Below are positions 30,201 to 32,000 of a stretch of DNA of 32,000 bases, in pieces. Position 1 is the stretch's first letter. Each line of letters opens with the position of its first letter. The position numbers were made by a program, and so were the translations under genes. Under the pieces are notes generated by a model that saw only the letters and a list, made by a program, of their open reading frames with translations, made no database searches and was not told the origin of the DNA. Source of the stretch: Candidatus Iainarchaeum sp. (GTDB taxonomy: Archaea > Iainarchaeota > Iainarchaeia > Iainarchaeales > VGJJ01); NCBI GenBank assembly GCA_030688545.1, contig JAUYHT010000006.1:210001-242000 (forward strand). Reading direction: 5' to 3'.

Positions 30201-32000
30201 GGATATGATTGAGAGCAATAACAGCATTGGTGACAATTTGTGGTCCACCCATGGTTCCAAACATTACTGCAGTTCCTTTGATGATACCGGCTCCTTCTCC
30301 CACGTTGTGAATTTCATTTCTGGTAATAAACAAATAGGAATTGTTTATCCCACTAAATTGTCCTCCATGAATACCCGCGTTCGCGGTGTCGTGGATGCGC
30401 AATTGATCCAACCAAATATTACTGGCCTTATTGAAAATGATTCCTTTGTTTCCCCCGGTGATCTCAAATCCACGCAATGCCAAATAGGCCGCAGTAATCC
30501 CGCTCCCGGTTTGGCCGATGGCCAAAACATCGTTTCCCGCCCCACTCGCGGTTAATACCGGATTGGCACCGGCGGCCGCGACAACGAAAATAGGTTGTGA
30601 GGCGGTCCCCTGTGCGGTAATCCGCGCGGGATTGGGCATCTGATAGGTGCCCCCCGGAACAATGAGCTTCTGCCCGGGGGAGAGGTTGTTGATGGCACTC
30701 AGTAATTCCGTTCCCGTGCTCCCGGAGAAAGCGATCCCATTAATAGGTTCGAGCGTCGACCAGGGGGGAAAGTAGGGAGAGGAAGCCCCGCCCGTGTCGC
30801 CGATGTTCAGGGGGAAAGGCGCGGAAAAGACGCCGGTGTTCTCCATGCGCACATCGTGCGTCCCCACACCCAAATTAGTGACTTGAACCGCGGTCAGGGA
30901 AACATCGAAGCAGAGGGGTGCGGGCTGCCCGGGATAGTTGAATACGTTTGAACCCACGTGTATTTTGGGATTATTCCCCGGGTATCGGCAAGTGAAGGAT
31001 AAAGTCGCGGCCTGGTTGGCGGGAATGGTATCCGGGATGATCGCATCGATGATGGGGGGGGAAATAGTCAAATCCACAGGAAGCGAGGTGTAAATCCCGG
31101 CGGTTACCGTCACCGGATGATCAGTCGCCCCCAGCGTCAGAGTGTTGGCCTTATTGAGCTGGAACTCTAGACTTGTGCCAGTGACATTTTGCATTTGCGA
31201 ACTTGACGAAAGAATAGTCACCTGATTAGGGGGATTCCCAATCTTCACCGTAGGAGAATTCCCAAAATTGGTACCGGTAACAGTAATCCAGGGAGAAATA
31301 GCATTATACCCAATAGTATCCGGGTCCAAAGGCTCCGTAATCGTAGGTACATTAGGATCAGAAACCGAGAAAGACAATGAATTAGAATACGTATTCGCCC
31401 CCCGCTTCAAGCGAACCGAACCAATACCCAAACCAAGCGTGCTCAAATCACTTGTAGTGAGCGACGTGGTTAGAGCCACATTGCTGACAAACAACCCAAT
31501 CTTGGATACGAAACATAATGAGGTGCCACAAGCTCCCTGAAACTCCACCCGATCCCCCGACTGGAATAAATAACCGGAAATAGCAATGGAATTGTAATTC
31601 TGACTCGTCACATACGCATTAGGGGTAACCGTGCTCAAAACGAATGACGACGCGCTCACGATAGGCAAAGTAATACTATTCGACATATCCGGTCCCTGAA
31701 TCACCCGAGCCGAATGATTGCCCACCCCCAAAGTAGTAATATTAGATGTAGTAAGCGTCGCAGTAATAGAAGAGCTAATCGTCAAATTCACCACTGTTGA
31801 AGGGGCATTCTCCTTCGCGATGCGCAACGTATCCCCCGGCTCAATACCCGAACCCAGGAGAGTCAACGTATAATTCTGCCCAGGGGGATGAATAATAGGC
31901 GAAGGATTAGACGTGATGCCAGTTAGGAATAATGTATCCCCCGCACACGTGCAATTGCTCCCCCCCAGCATGGAAACGAAGGGCTGGATGCAATACCCCC
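27262..32000 (-). CDS. Giant C-terminally anchored surface protein (IPT/TIG repeats, right-handed beta-helix, 2 FN3-like domains, Gly linker, Cys-rich motif, TM anchor); N-terminus outside window
   Basis: The frame stays open upstream of the listed ATG (31971) to the window end, and there is no signal peptide, so the gene is 5'-partial. IPT-like modules of about 90 aa cover roughly 30772-32000 and 28267-29388. PbH1-type beta-helix repeats (NHIHHTG, NVIHDCSDNG, ISHNTVFN, LANNVVYN) cover about 29422-30759. Two FN3-like units cover 27616-28266. The Gly run is at 27535-27594. CDGIDNDCDSQVDEGC and GVDCGGICPNFC are at 27370-27528. The TM tail IYAFVVALASPILYLFGLVLKLFGLAT is at 27265-27345. Confidence 0.85.
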   Translation of the reverse strand, partial: GYCIQPFVSMLGGSNCTCAGDTLFLTGITSNPSPIIHPPGQNYTLTLLGSGIEPGDTLRIAKENAPSTVVNLTISSSITATLTTSNITTLGVGNHSARVIQGPDMSNSITLPIVSASSFVLSTVTPNAYVTSQNYNSIAISGYLFQSGDRVEFQGACGTSLCFVSKIGLFVSNVALTTSLTTSDLSTLGLGIGSVRLKRGANTYSNSLSFSVSDPNVPTITEPLDPDTIGYNAISPWITVTGTNFGNSPTVKIGNPPNQVTILSSSSQMQNVTGTSLEFQLNKANTLTLGATDHPVTVTAGIYTSLPVDLTISPPIIDAIIPDTIPANQAATLSFTCRYPGNNPKIHVGSNVFNYPGQPAPLCFDVSLTAVQVTNLGVGTHDVRMENTGVFSAPFPLNIGDTGGASSPYFPPWSTLEPINGIAFSGSTGTELLSAINNLSPGQKLIVPGGTYQMPNPARITAQGTASQPIFVVAAAGANPVLTASGAGNDVLAIGQTGSGITAAYLALRGFEITGGNKGIIFNKASNIWLDQLRIHDTANAGIHGGQFSGINNSYLFITRNEIHNVGEGAGIIKGTAVMFGTMGGPQIVTNAVIALNHIHHTGKQAAGIQLNRGSHSNWVAENHVHHAAYNYYGDSAGYWPCMWFDLSHAGTYFSNQRNIIEKNVIHDCSDNGVQFENGRHVFRNNLVTARIGNKAIDGTHNTASLDYLEISHNTVFNTNNGYGIGLVAWNGQPGLVLANNVVYNHQGSPGAYTIQLLSGTSNQGILVGNVVAMHQTNNTITSGVRNMSTGYVIGQGLTDFTTPPSTGWGNNYSYGGNFLGFRPSDTGAIIGTANVTYLVPEDITNTLRLSPHEAGALDGLAGGGGGAPTTSGMNPNTIAYNAPSPVITLNGTNFPVSCTIGTLKVGALAVPCTQVMMVNAAQLTYSLTPAQTLSLGVNAHNVTVTSGSQTSNAQQLVISAPILLNVTPSAIEYNTNPPINLQSNYFGANPSVKIGSVTFSSPTITLPDMLRVNPSLDQVNNNLGVGLHTVLVINTLINSNSKTLTITDPTPTLTNINPNSVQVGGIQQFTLSGSKFTPYSKVRVGTLPLLTPDAVNPNGNSLTFTLTATQTQLLGVGPHNVFVVNGSRTSNGLILTITEAPAILTLISPQSVEEDSDYTIALTGSNFQTYSEILVGNLPPISPNIVNQGGTLLRFNLTAAQIQALGGAGSTGSTDYPVRVRNAPGIVSNSMPLTVTSQTSANNPPGNFDVVATTGPSARTVNVAWDLAGGTAPVDYILRGILASHPIALDGIIDSGEFEGGTVWDYDQTNPSNPFLFTGMASTDYCFAAKATNAYGFSYSTTSCATARSSDSPPGSFTVTAATGTATGRVNVTWTNAGGQPAPIYILRGILESDPVASGGISRQEFDDPANNTRWVVNLQSSSPYTYTGIPEEGYCFVVLAENIRGDSFSNTSCADARAAPEPPPGPGGGGGDSGGGGGGGGGGGGGPQTCVPTLELCDGIDNDCDSQVDEGCPISTISACTNEVKDVGELGVDCGGICPNFCSVSLPNSIYAFVVALASPILYLFGLVLKLFGLAT

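Overview
The window is a compositional mosaic from an uncultivated small-genome prokaryote. I lean archaeal (DPANN-like) on three weak cues: an archaeal-type NMN adenylyltransferase, a tRNA with no encoded CCA and an AGCCUGGUA D-loop, and PRC-barrel/DUF2683-like small proteins. By eye, 1-4.0 kb and 7.0-18.1 kb are AT-rich (high 30s % GC), while 4.3-7.0 kb and 18.4-32 kb are clearly GC-richer (low to mid 50s %).

The main finding is in the AT-rich block 6969-18130. It is cut into about 12 units of roughly 1 kb, each one gene or one toxin-antitoxin pair. The cuts are made by 13 same-orientation copies of one 90-190 bp repeat family, with a 14th copy at 445-505. The ORF track cannot show this repeat or the micro-ORFs inside it, because they fall under its 60-aa cutoff. 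The layout resembles a sedentary integron or cassette array, but I see no integrase and no canonical attC core sites in the window.

A second, unrelated repeat family is a hairpin of about 33 bp (TTTTGATC-stem-TTTTTCTAAAAA-stem) whose stems show compensatory changes. It forms tandem clusters at 4.05-4.26, 18.18-18.34 and 22.44-22.59 kb and one copy beside tRNA-Pro. That tRNA has a duplicated 3' end about 45 bp away.

The GC-richer parts encode:
- a giant surface protein (more than 1570 aa, running off the window) built from IPT/TIG, beta-helix and FN3-like domains plus a Cys-rich motif
- a secreted protein with thrombospondin-type WSxWS repeats
- MutY
- a thioredoxin/CcdA redox pair
- a PAP2 phosphatase

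All calls come from reading translations and motifs by eye. No database search was possible.
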